From Planctomycetota bacterium (GTDB taxonomy: Bacteria; Planctomycetota; UBA11346), in the NCBI GenBank assembly GCA_038213805.1, contig JBBQSO010000079.1, positions 1 to 25,263 of the forward strand: DNA of 25,263 nt, given 5' to 3'. The notes under the pieces are model-generated. The model was not told where the DNA came from and did not search any database. It saw nothing but the letters and a program-made list of their open reading frames with translations. The translations under genes were made by a program, and so were the position numbers. This document shows positions 7,741 through 16,202 of this stretch, one piece after another (within the stretch, counting starts at the first letter, position 1; the number at the start of each line of letters is the position of its first letter).

Positions 7741-9414
7741 ATGAGCGACCTCGACAGCGCCCCCAATGCAGCCCTTCCGCCCACGCCCGTCTCCCGCGAG
7801 GAGCTCGAAGCCAAGGCCCATGGTGCGCGCCGGCTCGGCCAGCTCATCCTCGAGAACAAGACCGGCGCCGCGCTCGCCGCGGGGGTGCCACACTTCCGTG
7901 AGGCCGCGCTGCTGTGGGCGCAACTCGGCTCGGCCAATCGCCAGGCCGAGTGCCTGATGGATCTGGGCCGCCTCCACGCCAAGAGCGGCCACCACGGCGA
8001 CGCCGCCAAGACTCTGGTCGAGGCGCTGCGCATCTTTGAAAGCGCCAGCGAGGTGCGCCTGGCGATGGAGGCCGCAGGCCTCGCCGGCCAGTCCTACCTC
8101 GCCGGCCGCGACACCGAGCAGGCGCTGAAATACCTGCGCCGCGCCTTGGAATGCGGCGAGCAGCTCAACGACCATGTGCAGATCGGCCAGTGCCTGCTTG
8201 AGCTCGCCCAGGGCTACGTCGCCACCCAGAAACCGACTGAAGCGCTGAAGTGCTGCGAGCGCGCGCTGGCGATCTTCACCAGCTTCCGCCAAGGCCCGAG
8301 CCAGGCCCAGACCCATGAGTGCATGGCACTCGCGCAGGCCGTCGCCGGCGACGCCGAGGCCTCGGCCGCGCAGTTCGAGAAGAGCGTCGAGATCAGCACC
8401 GCGCTGGCGCGCGTCTTCGAGGCCACCGAGACCCTCAGCCGCTTCGCCGAGATGGAACGCAAGCGCGGCAACTTCGAGGGCGCCATCGCCATCCACGAAC
8501 GCTGCATCGCCATCCACAAGCAGACCGACAACCGCGCCCTGCTCGCGCAGACCCTGCGCCGCCTCGGCCTGGTGCACAGCAAGCGCGGCGCGGTCGATGA
8601 CGCCCTGGGCTGCTACCAGCGCGCCGCCGACATCTGCGATCTGATCAAGGACCAGGACGGCCTCAGCCGCTCGCTCTACCTGCTCGGCGTGGCCGAGGCC
8701 AACGCCCAGCGCGGCGAGGGCGCGCTCACCCACCTGGTGCGCAGCCTGGGCATCGCCGAGAGCACCGACAACCTCACCCAGCAGGAACAGGTGCTGTCGG
8801 CGATGGCCAGCCTCTACCGCCAGCTCGGCCAGGGCGACAAGGCGCTGGCCACCATGCACCAGTGGGTGCTGGTGCTGGCCAAGCTCGGCGACCGCGCCGA
8901 CCAGCTGCGCGTGCTTGGCTCGATGGCAGAGATCCAGCAGGAGATGGGCGCCTACGACGAGGCAGAGAAGCACCTGCGCCGCCTGATCGAGGCCTGCACC
9001 CATCCCGAGGACCAGCACGAGCGCGTGCGCGCCCATCACAACCTCGCCACCATCCTGGCCAAGCGCGGCGCCCACCAGGACGCCATCGAGCACCTCGGCC
9101 AGGCGCTGCCCGGCTTCGCCGACGAACCGGCGATCCGCGCGCGCATCCTACACCAGCTCGGATATTCGGCGCTGCACCTGAACGACGCCAAGACCGCGCT
9201 CAAGCACCTCGAGGACAGCCTCGAGCTCTACGACCAGATCAAGGACGAGAAGGCGCGCGCGCGGCTGCTGGTCGACGTCGGCAACGCCCAGGTGCAGCTC
9301 GGCAACACCGACGGCGCCAAGCAGCTCTTCGAGCAGGCCGCCAACCTCTGCGAGGACCAGGGCGACATGCGCGCCACCACCATCATCCGCAAGGCGAGCC
9401 GCGGCCTGGGCTGA
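7741..9414 (+). CDS. Tetratricopeptide-repeat protein (TPR only)
   Basis: Repeated ~40-aa units of the form A..L..LG..H...G...A...Y..AL.I, with no catalytic domain seen. Start could be 7723 or 7741. Confidence 0.88.
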   Translation: MSDLDSAPNAALPPTPVSREELEAKAHGARRLGQLILENKTGAALAAGVPHFREAALLWAQLGSANRQAECLMDLGRLHAKSGHHGDAAKTLVEALRIFESASEVRLAMEAAGLAGQSYLAGRDTEQALKYLRRALECGEQLNDHVQIGQCLLELAQGYVATQKPTEALKCCERALAIFTSFRQGPSQAQTHECMALAQAVAGDAEASAAQFEKSVEISTALARVFEATETLSRFAEMERKRGNFEGAIAIHERCIAIHKQTDNRALLAQTLRRLGLVHSKRGAVDDALGCYQRAADICDLIKDQDGLSRSLYLLGVAEANAQRGEGALTHLVRSLGIAESTDNLTQQEQVLSAMASLYRQLGQGDKALATMHQWVLVLAKLGDRADQLRVLGSMAEIQQEMGAYDEAEKHLRRLIEACTHPEDQHERVRAHHNLATILAKRGAHQDAIEHLGQALPGFADEPAIRARILHQLGYSALHLNDAKTALKHLEDSLELYDQIKDEKARARLLVDVGNAQVQLGNTDGAKQLFEQAANLCEDQGDMRATTIIRKASRGLG

Positions 9415-9452
9415 TCCCGCCCGGCCCGCGCACCGGGTCACCCGCTCGCGCC

Positions 9453-9755
9453 ATGCCCATCACCGGCCTCCCCAATCCGCACCTGCACCGGCTGTGCCGC
9501 AAATGCCGTCGCTGGCACGAGACCGACGAAGGCAGCATGTGCGCGCCCACCATCGCCGGGCCGCTGTCCTTCCTGCGCAATCTGCGCGCCACCGCCATGG
9601 ACGACGAGACCGTCCAGCACTTCGTGTGCTTCCCCTGCCAGAAGCCCAAGGGCCTGTCGCCACTGTTGAAAATCACGCTGGCGGTGGCCGTCGCCGGGCT
9701 GGTCGCGGGGCTGGCGTCCTACTTCCACCTCATCGATTACATCCTGCCCCCATGA
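9453..9755 (+). CDS. Small CxxC...CxxC Zn-ribbon-like protein with C-terminal transmembrane helix
   Basis: MPITGLPNPHLHRLCRKCRRWH...HFVCFPCQKPK...LLKITLAVAVAGLVAGLASYF. It fills the gap between the TPR gene and queE and is the tail of ORF 8862..9755. Confidence 0.75.
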   Translation: MPITGLPNPHLHRLCRKCRRWHETDEGSMCAPTIAGPLSFLRNLRATAMDDETVQHFVCFPCQKPKGLSPLLKITLAVAVAGLVAGLASYFHLIDYILPP

Positions 9756-9762
9756 ACCGCCC

Positions 9763-10413
9763 ATGAGTCCAAGCACCTATCGCGTCAAAGAGGTCTTCGG
9801 CCCGACCCTGCAGGGTGAGGGCCTGCACGCCGGCATGCCCTGCCTGTTCCTGCGCCTGGCCGGTTGCAACGCTTGGGACGGTCGTGCCGAGACCCGCGCA
9901 GCGTCGGCCTGCCCGTACTGCGACACCGACTTCCGCGGCGGTGGCAGCCTCGATCTGGCGGCGATCCTGGCGCGACTGGATGCACAGCGCGGCGGCACCG
10001 TCAATCCCGGACTGGGGCTGGTGCTGACCGGCGGAGAGCCGCTGCTGCAGGCCGACGCGGACCTGCTCGCCGGGATCGCCGCGGGCTTCCCGTGGGTCGA
10101 CATCGAAACCAATGGCACGCGGCCGTGCCCACCGCGGCCGCCGAACGTGTTCGTGAGCTGCAGCCCCAAGCGCGTCGCCGGCCAGGACGTGGTGGTCGAG
10201 CCGGATTGGTGGAAAGTGCTGATCCCCGACCAGGAAGGCTTCCTTGAACGCGCCTTCGCCAGCGGCAAGCCGGTGTTCGTGCAGCCGACCTGCCCGGACG
10301 GCGGACCAAGCGGGTCGGTATACGCGGCGAATTTGCAGCGCTGCATCAACCTCTGCCTGTCGCGCGGCAGCAGGTTGAGCCTGCAGCAGCATAAGTATCT
10401 GGGGATTCTCTGA
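9763..10413 (+). CDS. queE: 7-carboxy-7-deazaguanine synthase (radical SAM), CX14CX2C type
   Basis: EVFGPTLQGEG...FLRLAGC-NAWDGRAETRAASA-CPYCDTDF, TGGEPLLQ, IETNGT, SPK, LSLQQHKYLG. Confidence 0.9.
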   Translation: MSPSTYRVKEVFGPTLQGEGLHAGMPCLFLRLAGCNAWDGRAETRAASACPYCDTDFRGGGSLDLAAILARLDAQRGGTVNPGLGLVLTGGEPLLQADADLLAGIAAGFPWVDIETNGTRPCPPRPPNVFVSCSPKRVAGQDVVVEPDWWKVLIPDQEGFLERAFASGKPVFVQPTCPDGGPSGSVYAANLQRCINLCLSRGSRLSLQQHKYLGIL

Positions 10414-10429
10414 GGGGAGGCGTGAGGGA

Positions 10430-10548
10430 CGGCTGATGGCTGATGGCTGATGGCTGATGGCTGACGGCTGATGGCTGACGGCTGATGGCTGACGGCTGAC
10501 GGCTGATGGCTGACGGCTGATGGCTGACGGCTGACGGCTGACGGCTGA
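10430..10548. repeat. 17-unit YGGCTGA heptamer tandem array
   Basis: First-base order of the units is C,T,T,T,T,C,T,C,T,C,C,T,C,T,C,C,C. Located downstream of queE. Confidence 0.95.
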
Positions 10549-10788
10549 GACTATCGCGTGTGGCGCGTGGATGGAGCTGAGGTTTGATGGTCCTTGCGAC
10601 GCTCTCACAAACCCGAGATCTCCGCTTTGCTGAAGGTTGCGGCCCAGTGGGCCGCTCTGACGTTGCGATACGAAAGTTCCCAGAACGTGCGGACATCTGA
10701 CCGATAGGAACCCCGCGTAATCGACCCCGCGCCGACTGGGATCATCCGTCCCGCCTTCTAGGACGATCCTGCGTCCCAGCCGCCGTCC

Positions 10789-10812
10789 CGGTCGCACGCG
10801 CGGTCGCACGCG
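10789..10812. repeat. 12-bp direct tandem repeat CGGTCGCACGCG x2
   Basis: Exact duplication about 100 bp upstream of the cytochrome gene. Confidence 0.7.
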
Positions 10813-10913
10813 CTAAACGCCTTCATTCACTTGGGGTAGGGATTCATGCAGCGTCGCGCATCAGACCTGTCCGGCCTTCCCACCCGCTCGCCGCATCGGC
10901 CCAGAACCCGACC

Positions 10914-13900
10914 ATGACCGATCGCCAACCAGCCGCCCATCGCCGCATCCCGTGGGCCCTCCTCGCCCTGCTCCTCGCCACCAACGGGCGCGCGACAGCG
11001 GCCGACGCGCCGGACTTCACCAGTGAGGTGCGGCCCATCCTCGCCAACCACTGCTTCAAGTGCCACGGCCCCGACGAGGTGGCGCGCAAGGGCAAGTTGC
11101 GCCTCGATCTGCGCGCCAGCGGCATCGCGCCGGCCAAGTCCGGCGAGATCGCCATTGTGCCCGGCAAGCCGCAAGCCAGCGAACTGGTCAAACGCATCCA
11201 CAGTACCGACGAGGACGAGGTCATGCCGCCGCCGGCGACCAAGAAGCCGCTCAGCGCGGCGGAGCAGGAAGTCCTGACACGTTGGATCGCAGCCGGCGCC
11301 GAGTACCGCCCGCACTGGGCCTTCGTGCCGCCCGTTCAGGCGCCGCTGCCCGCGGTGCAGCGCACGGATTGGGCGCGCAACCCGATCGACCGCTTCGTAC
11401 TCGCACGCCTTGAACACGCCGGCCTGCAACCGTCGCCGCCGGCCGAGCGGCTGGCGCTGGCGCGGCGTGCGTCGCTCGACCTGATCGGCCTGCCGCCGAC
11501 GCCGGAAGAGGCGGGCGCCTTCGCCGCCGACACCGCACCCGACGCCTATGACCGCTACGTCGACCATCTACTTGCCCAGCCGCAGTACGGCGAGCGCTGG
11601 GCGCGCAAATGGCTCGACCTCGCGCGTTACGCGGACACCAACGGCTTCGAGAAAGACCGCCCGCGCTCTCTGTGGCCGTGGCGCGACTGGGTGATCGGCG
11701 CGCTCAACGCCGATATGCCCTTCGACCGCTTCACCATCCTGCAGCTTGCCGGCGACCTGGTGCCGGGCGCCGGCCAGGACGGCCAGATCGCCACCGGCTT
11801 CAACCGCAACACCATGATCAACGAGGAGGGCGGCATCGATCCGCAGGAGTACCGCTTCTACGCCATGGTCGACCGCGTCGCGACCCTGGGCAAGACCTGG
11901 CTGGGCCTGACCACGGGCTGCGCGCAGTGCCACACCCACAAGTACGATCCGCTCACCCAGCGCGAGTACTACCAGCTGATGGCGTTCATGGACAATGCAG
12001 AGGAGCCGCTGTTGCACCTGCAACCTGCCGACATCGTGCAGCGCCGCGCCGCGGCCGATGCGCGCATCGCCACCCTGGTCGCGGCCCTGCCGGAGCAGTT
12101 CCCGGTCGACCGCGCCATCGCCTGGCTGCCCGACCAGGCGATGACCGTGACCGCGGTCAGCACCGAGAGCGGCGAGCGCGCGGAGCGCCAGCCGGACGGC
12201 ACCTGGCGGATGGCCGGACCGGCGGCCGAGCGCGATGTCTACACCATCGCCATCGACGTCGACGGCGCCTGCGACGCGGTGCGCCTTGAGGCGCTGCCGC
12301 GGCCCGACCAGCCGCGCGGCGGCCCGGGGCGCGCAGCGAGCGGCAACTTCGTGGTTAGCGCGCTGCGTGTCGAGGCCGGGCCGCGCGGCGGGGCACTCGC
12401 CCCGGTGAAGGTCGAGAGCGCCAGCGCGGATTTCTCGCAAACGGGCTACGCGGTCAGCGCAGCGCTGGCTGGCGATCCCAAGGGCGGCTGGGGCGTCGAC
12501 GGCAGCCCGCACATGGACGAGGCGCGCCGCGCCGAGTTCATCCTCAAGGATGGCATCGACCACGCCGGCGGCAGCCGCGTGGTGGTGCGCATCGAACAGC
12601 GTTACGGCGGCCAGCACACCCTTGGCCGCTTCCGCCTCACCCTCGGCCGGCGCGCGGGCGGCGACGAGTCGCCGGCGGGGCGGCGCGTCCTCGCGGAGCG
12701 CGCAGCGGCACAATGGGCCGAGCGCGAAAGCGCCAAGGCGGTACGCTGGACGGTGCTGCGGCCGACCACCATGACCGGCGGCGTCCCCGACCTTGACCTG
12801 CAGGGCGATGGCTCGGTGCTGGCGAGCGGCGACATGACCAAGAGCGACACCTACCACCTGGTGTTCCACCCCGCCGACCGCGCGGCGCTGCGCGGGGCCA
12901 CCGCGCTGCGCCTTGAGGTCATCCCCGATCCGCGTCTGCCTGGCGGCGGGCCCGGGCGGGTGTGGTACGAGGGCACGCCCGGCGACTTCGGCCTGAGCGA
13001 GCTGCGTGCCAGCGCCGACGGCGCGCCTCTGAACTTCGCGCGCGCCATGCAGTCCTTCGCCGCCGACGGCAAGGGCGCGGCCCAGGCCATCGATGGGCGG
13101 CCCGATTCCTTCTGGTCGGTCAGCGGCGGCGAGGGCCGCTACCAGACCGCGGTGTTCGTCTTTTCGCAGCCGCTCGGCGACCAGGCGGAACTCACCCTCG
13201 ACCTGCTCAACGAGCGCTACTTCGCCTGTGGTTTGGGGCGTTTCCGATTCTCGGTGACCAGCGCGCCCGCACCGACCGAAGCCAGCGCCCAGCCGCCGGA
13301 GGTGCAGGACGCCCTGCTGGTGGCCGTTGGCCAGCGCAGCGCAACCCAGCACGCGCTGCTGTACCAGCGCTGGCTGGAGACCGCGCCGGAACTGGCCGGC
13401 GCGCGCGCGCCGATCGATCACGAGCGCGCCCAGCTGGCCGGCGGCGCGACCACCCTGGTCATGCAGGAGCGCAGCGCGCACCCGCGCGCGACCTTCATGC
13501 ACCACCGCGGCGAATGGCTGCAGCCGACCGAACGCGTCAGCGCCGGCATGCCGGCCTTTCTGCCGGCGCTGCCCGCGGGTGCGCCTCGCGACCGCCTCGC
13601 CCTGGCGCGCTGGTTGGTCGACCGCGGCAACCCGCTGACCGCGCGCGTCACCGTCAACCGCCAGTGGGCGGCGTTCTTCGGCCGCGGCCTGGTGCGCTCC
13701 GTCGACGATTTCGGCTACCAGGGCGACAGCCCGACCGACCCTGCGCTGCTCGACTGGCTGGCAGTGGAGTTCATGGAGCGCGGCTGGTCGCTGAAGGCGC
13801 TGCACCGCCTGATCGTCACCAGCGCCACCTATCAGCAGGCTTCGCGCATCCCGCCCACGCTGCTGGCACGCGATCCCGCCAACCTGCTGCTGGCGCGCGC

Positions 13901-14519
13901 GCCGCGCGTGCGTCTGGAAGCCGAAGCCATTCGCGACAGCGTGCTGCGCGCTGCCGGCCTGCTCAGCGCCAAGGTCGGCGGCCCGAGCGTGTTCCCGCCG
14001 CAGCCGGCGAGCATCAGCCAGGAAGGCGCCTACGGCGCGCTGGCGTGGAACACCAGCGCGGGCGAGGACCGCTACCGCCGCGGCCTGTACACCTTCGCCA
14101 AGCGCACCGCGCCCTACGCGCTGGCCAGCACCTTCGACGCACCGAGCGGCGAAGTGTGCATCGCCCAGCGCGACGTCTCGAACTCGCCGCTGCAGGCCCT
14201 GGCCATGCTCAACGACCCGGTATTCGTCGAGGCGGCGCAGGCGCTCGGCAAGGTGCTCGCGGCCAGGCCGGGTACCCCCGCCGAGCGCGTCGACGTGCTC
14301 TTCCGGCGCTGCCTGACCCGCCCGCCGGCCGCGGACGAGGCCGCGCTGGCGCTGCGCTTCCTCAACGACCTGCGCGGGCGCATCGAGCGCCACGAGGTCG
14401 ATGCCGGGGCGCTATGCGGTGAGAAGAGCGGCGAAGCGGCTGCGCTCGCCGAGCGCGCGCTGTGGACGGCGCTGGCGCGCAGCATCCTCAACCTCGATGA
14501 AGCCATCACCAAGGGCTGA
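10914..14519 (+). CDS. Planctomycete cytochrome c / DUF1549 / DUF1553 (PSD1) domain protein
   Basis: Signal peptide; F..EVRPILANHCFKCHG heme motif; HWAF.PP, NPIDRF, YGERWARKWLDLARYADT, CAQCHTHKYDP; NPLTARV.VNR.W, RLEAEAIRD, PLQAL.MLN. Confidence 0.93.
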   Translation: MTDRQPAAHRRIPWALLALLLATNGRATAADAPDFTSEVRPILANHCFKCHGPDEVARKGKLRLDLRASGIAPAKSGEIAIVPGKPQASELVKRIHSTDEDEVMPPPATKKPLSAAEQEVLTRWIAAGAEYRPHWAFVPPVQAPLPAVQRTDWARNPIDRFVLARLEHAGLQPSPPAERLALARRASLDLIGLPPTPEEAGAFAADTAPDAYDRYVDHLLAQPQYGERWARKWLDLARYADTNGFEKDRPRSLWPWRDWVIGALNADMPFDRFTILQLAGDLVPGAGQDGQIATGFNRNTMINEEGGIDPQEYRFYAMVDRVATLGKTWLGLTTGCAQCHTHKYDPLTQREYYQLMAFMDNAEEPLLHLQPADIVQRRAAADARIATLVAALPEQFPVDRAIAWLPDQAMTVTAVSTESGERAERQPDGTWRMAGPAAERDVYTIAIDVDGACDAVRLEALPRPDQPRGGPGRAASGNFVVSALRVEAGPRGGALAPVKVESASADFSQTGYAVSAALAGDPKGGWGVDGSPHMDEARRAEFILKDGIDHAGGSRVVVRIEQRYGGQHTLGRFRLTLGRRAGGDESPAGRRVLAERAAAQWAERESAKAVRWTVLRPTTMTGGVPDLDLQGDGSVLASGDMTKSDTYHLVFHPADRAALRGATALRLEVIPDPRLPGGGPGRVWYEGTPGDFGLSELRASADGAPLNFARAMQSFAADGKGAAQAIDGRPDSFWSVSGGEGRYQTAVFVFSQPLGDQAELTLDLLNERYFACGLGRFRFSVTSAPAPTEASAQPPEVQDALLVAVGQRSATQHALLYQRWLETAPELAGARAPIDHERAQLAGGATTLVMQERSAHPRATFMHHRGEWLQPTERVSAGMPAFLPALPAGAPRDRLALARWLVDRGNPLTARVTVNRQWAAFFGRGLVRSVDDFGYQGDSPTDPALLDWLAVEFMERGWSLKALHRLIVTSATYQQASRIPPTLLARDPANLLLARAPRVRLEAEAIRDSVLRAAGLLSAKVGGPSVFPPQPASISQEGAYGALAWNTSAGEDRYRRGLYTFAKRTAPYALASTFDAPSGEVCIAQRDVSNSPLQALAMLNDPVFVEAAQALGKVLAARPGTPAERVDVLFRRCLTRPPAADEAALALRFLNDLRGRIERHEVDAGALCGEKSGEAAALAERALWTALARSILNLDEAITKG

Positions 14520-14523
14520 TGTT

Positions 14524-15981
14524 ATGACCCATGCCCATGACCTGCGGATGATCCAAGCGGTCGACGCGCGCACGCGCCGGCGTTTCCTCGGCGACTGCGG
14601 CCTGGGGCTGGGGCGCATCGCCCTGGCCTCGCTGCTCACCGGTGGCGCGCTAGGACGCGCGCAGGCCGGCGAACCCGCGGCCGGCCCCCTCGCCCCGCAA
14701 ACGCCGCACTTCCCGGCGAAAGCCAAGCGCGTCATCCAGCTGTTCATGGGCGGCGCGCCCAGCCAGCTCGACCTCTTCGACCACAAGCCGGAGCTGGCCA
14801 AGCTCGAGGGCAAGCCGCTGCCACCGTCGGTGATCGCCGGGCAGCGCTATGCCTTCATCCGCCCCGACGCCGCGGTGATGGGACCGCGTTTCCCGTTTGC
14901 AAAGCATGGGCAGAGCGGGGCCGAGCTCGCCGACAAGCTGCCGCACCTCGCCGGCATCGCCGACGAGGTATGCTTCATCAAGTCGCTGCACACCGACCAG
15001 TTCAACCACGGCCCTGCGCAGGTGCTGATGAACACCGGCTTCTCGCAGCCGGGGCGGCCGTGCCTGGGCTCGTGGGCGCTCTATGGCCTGGGCTGCGCGA
15101 CCCAGGAACTGCCGGGCTTTGTGGTGATGTCGACCGGCGCTGGCGTCAGCGGGGGTTCGGCCAACTGGTCGAGCGGCTTCATGCCCACGCTCTACACCGG
15201 CTGCCGTTTCCGCAACCAGGGCGACCCGATCCTCGACACCTCCAACCCGGCCGGCGTCGACGCCGCGCTGCAGCGCTCATCGCTCGATCTCACCGGCGCG
15301 CTCAACCGCCGCGCCTTGAATGAAGTCGGCGACCCTGAGATCGCCACGCGCCTGGCCGGTTACGAGCTCGCCTTCCGCCTGCAGACGTCGGCGCCAGAAC
15401 TGATGGACCTCGCCAGCGAGGGCAAGGAGACCCTCGACCTCTATGGCTGCGATCCCGCCAAGCCGTCATTCGCGCGCGCCTGCCTGCTGGCGCGGCGCAT
15501 GGTCGAGCGCGGCGTGCGCTTCGTGCAGATCTTCCACGAGGGCTGGGACGCGCACAGCGACGTCACCGGCAACCACACCAAGAACTGCCAGGAGACCGAC
15601 CAGGGCGCCGCCGCGCTGGTCGCCGACCTCAAGCGCCGCGGCCTGCTCGAAGACACCCTGGTGATCTGGGGCGGCGAGTTCGGGCGCACGCCGATGGTCG
15701 AAAGCAACGCCGCCCTCGGCCGCAGCCAGGGCCGCGACCACCACCCGAGCGCCTTCACCATGTGGCTGGCAGGTGGCGGGGTGAAACGCGGACTGACCTA
15801 CGGCGCCACCGACGAGCTCGGCTTCCACGTGGTCGAGAACCCGGTGCACGTCCACGATCTGCAGGCGACGCTGCTGCACCTGCTTGGCTTCGACCACGAA
15901 AGGCTCACGTACCGTTTCGCTGGGCGCGATTTCAGACTGACCGACGTCGATGGGAAGGTGGTCGCGGGGGTACTGGCTTAG
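14524..15981 (+). CDS. DUF1501 domain protein (sulfatase-like fold, Tat signal)
   Basis: TRRRFL Tat motif, AKRVIQLFMGGAPSQLDLFD.KP, WDAH, WGGEFGRTP, GRDHHP, VHDLQATLLHLLG. Typical partner of PSD1 genes. Confidence 0.93.
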   Translation: MTHAHDLRMIQAVDARTRRRFLGDCGLGLGRIALASLLTGGALGRAQAGEPAAGPLAPQTPHFPAKAKRVIQLFMGGAPSQLDLFDHKPELAKLEGKPLPPSVIAGQRYAFIRPDAAVMGPRFPFAKHGQSGAELADKLPHLAGIADEVCFIKSLHTDQFNHGPAQVLMNTGFSQPGRPCLGSWALYGLGCATQELPGFVVMSTGAGVSGGSANWSSGFMPTLYTGCRFRNQGDPILDTSNPAGVDAALQRSSLDLTGALNRRALNEVGDPEIATRLAGYELAFRLQTSAPELMDLASEGKETLDLYGCDPAKPSFARACLLARRMVERGVRFVQIFHEGWDAHSDVTGNHTKNCQETDQGAAALVADLKRRGLLEDTLVIWGGEFGRTPMVESNAALGRSQGRDHHPSAFTMWLAGGGVKRGLTYGATDELGFHVVENPVHVHDLQATLLHLLGFDHERLTYRFAGRDFRLTDVDGKVVAGVLA

Positions 15982-16202
15982 GGACGCGATGCGCAGACCA
16001 ATGCTCTGCTTCATGGTTTTTCGATCTGCTCTCCGAGGGACGGCCACGCACCGAAGACCGTGAATTCCCACGGCTCTTCCGCTCGCGGTTCCGAGATTGG
16101 AATCGCCTGCATCAGCCATTTCCATGCAGCGCGACGCATTTCCAGTGGCGGCAGCCAGTGGCTGGGTACGCTGCAGGCTGCATTGCCGCACAGGAGCAGC
16201 CC

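Noticed and set aside
9763..10413. queE as part of a 7-deazaguanine DNA-modification or defence island
   Set aside because: No dpdA/tgt-like, queC, queD, nuclease or helicase genes in the window.
10430..10548. CRISPR array
   Set aside because: Contiguous 7-nt units with no unique spacers and no cas genes in the window.
9730..10809. ORFs with SAISHQP/SAVSRQP peptide repeats (also 4189..5625, 5315..5611, 5567..6004, 10346..10696)
   Set aside because: These are translations of the non-coding heptamer arrays and overlap real genes.
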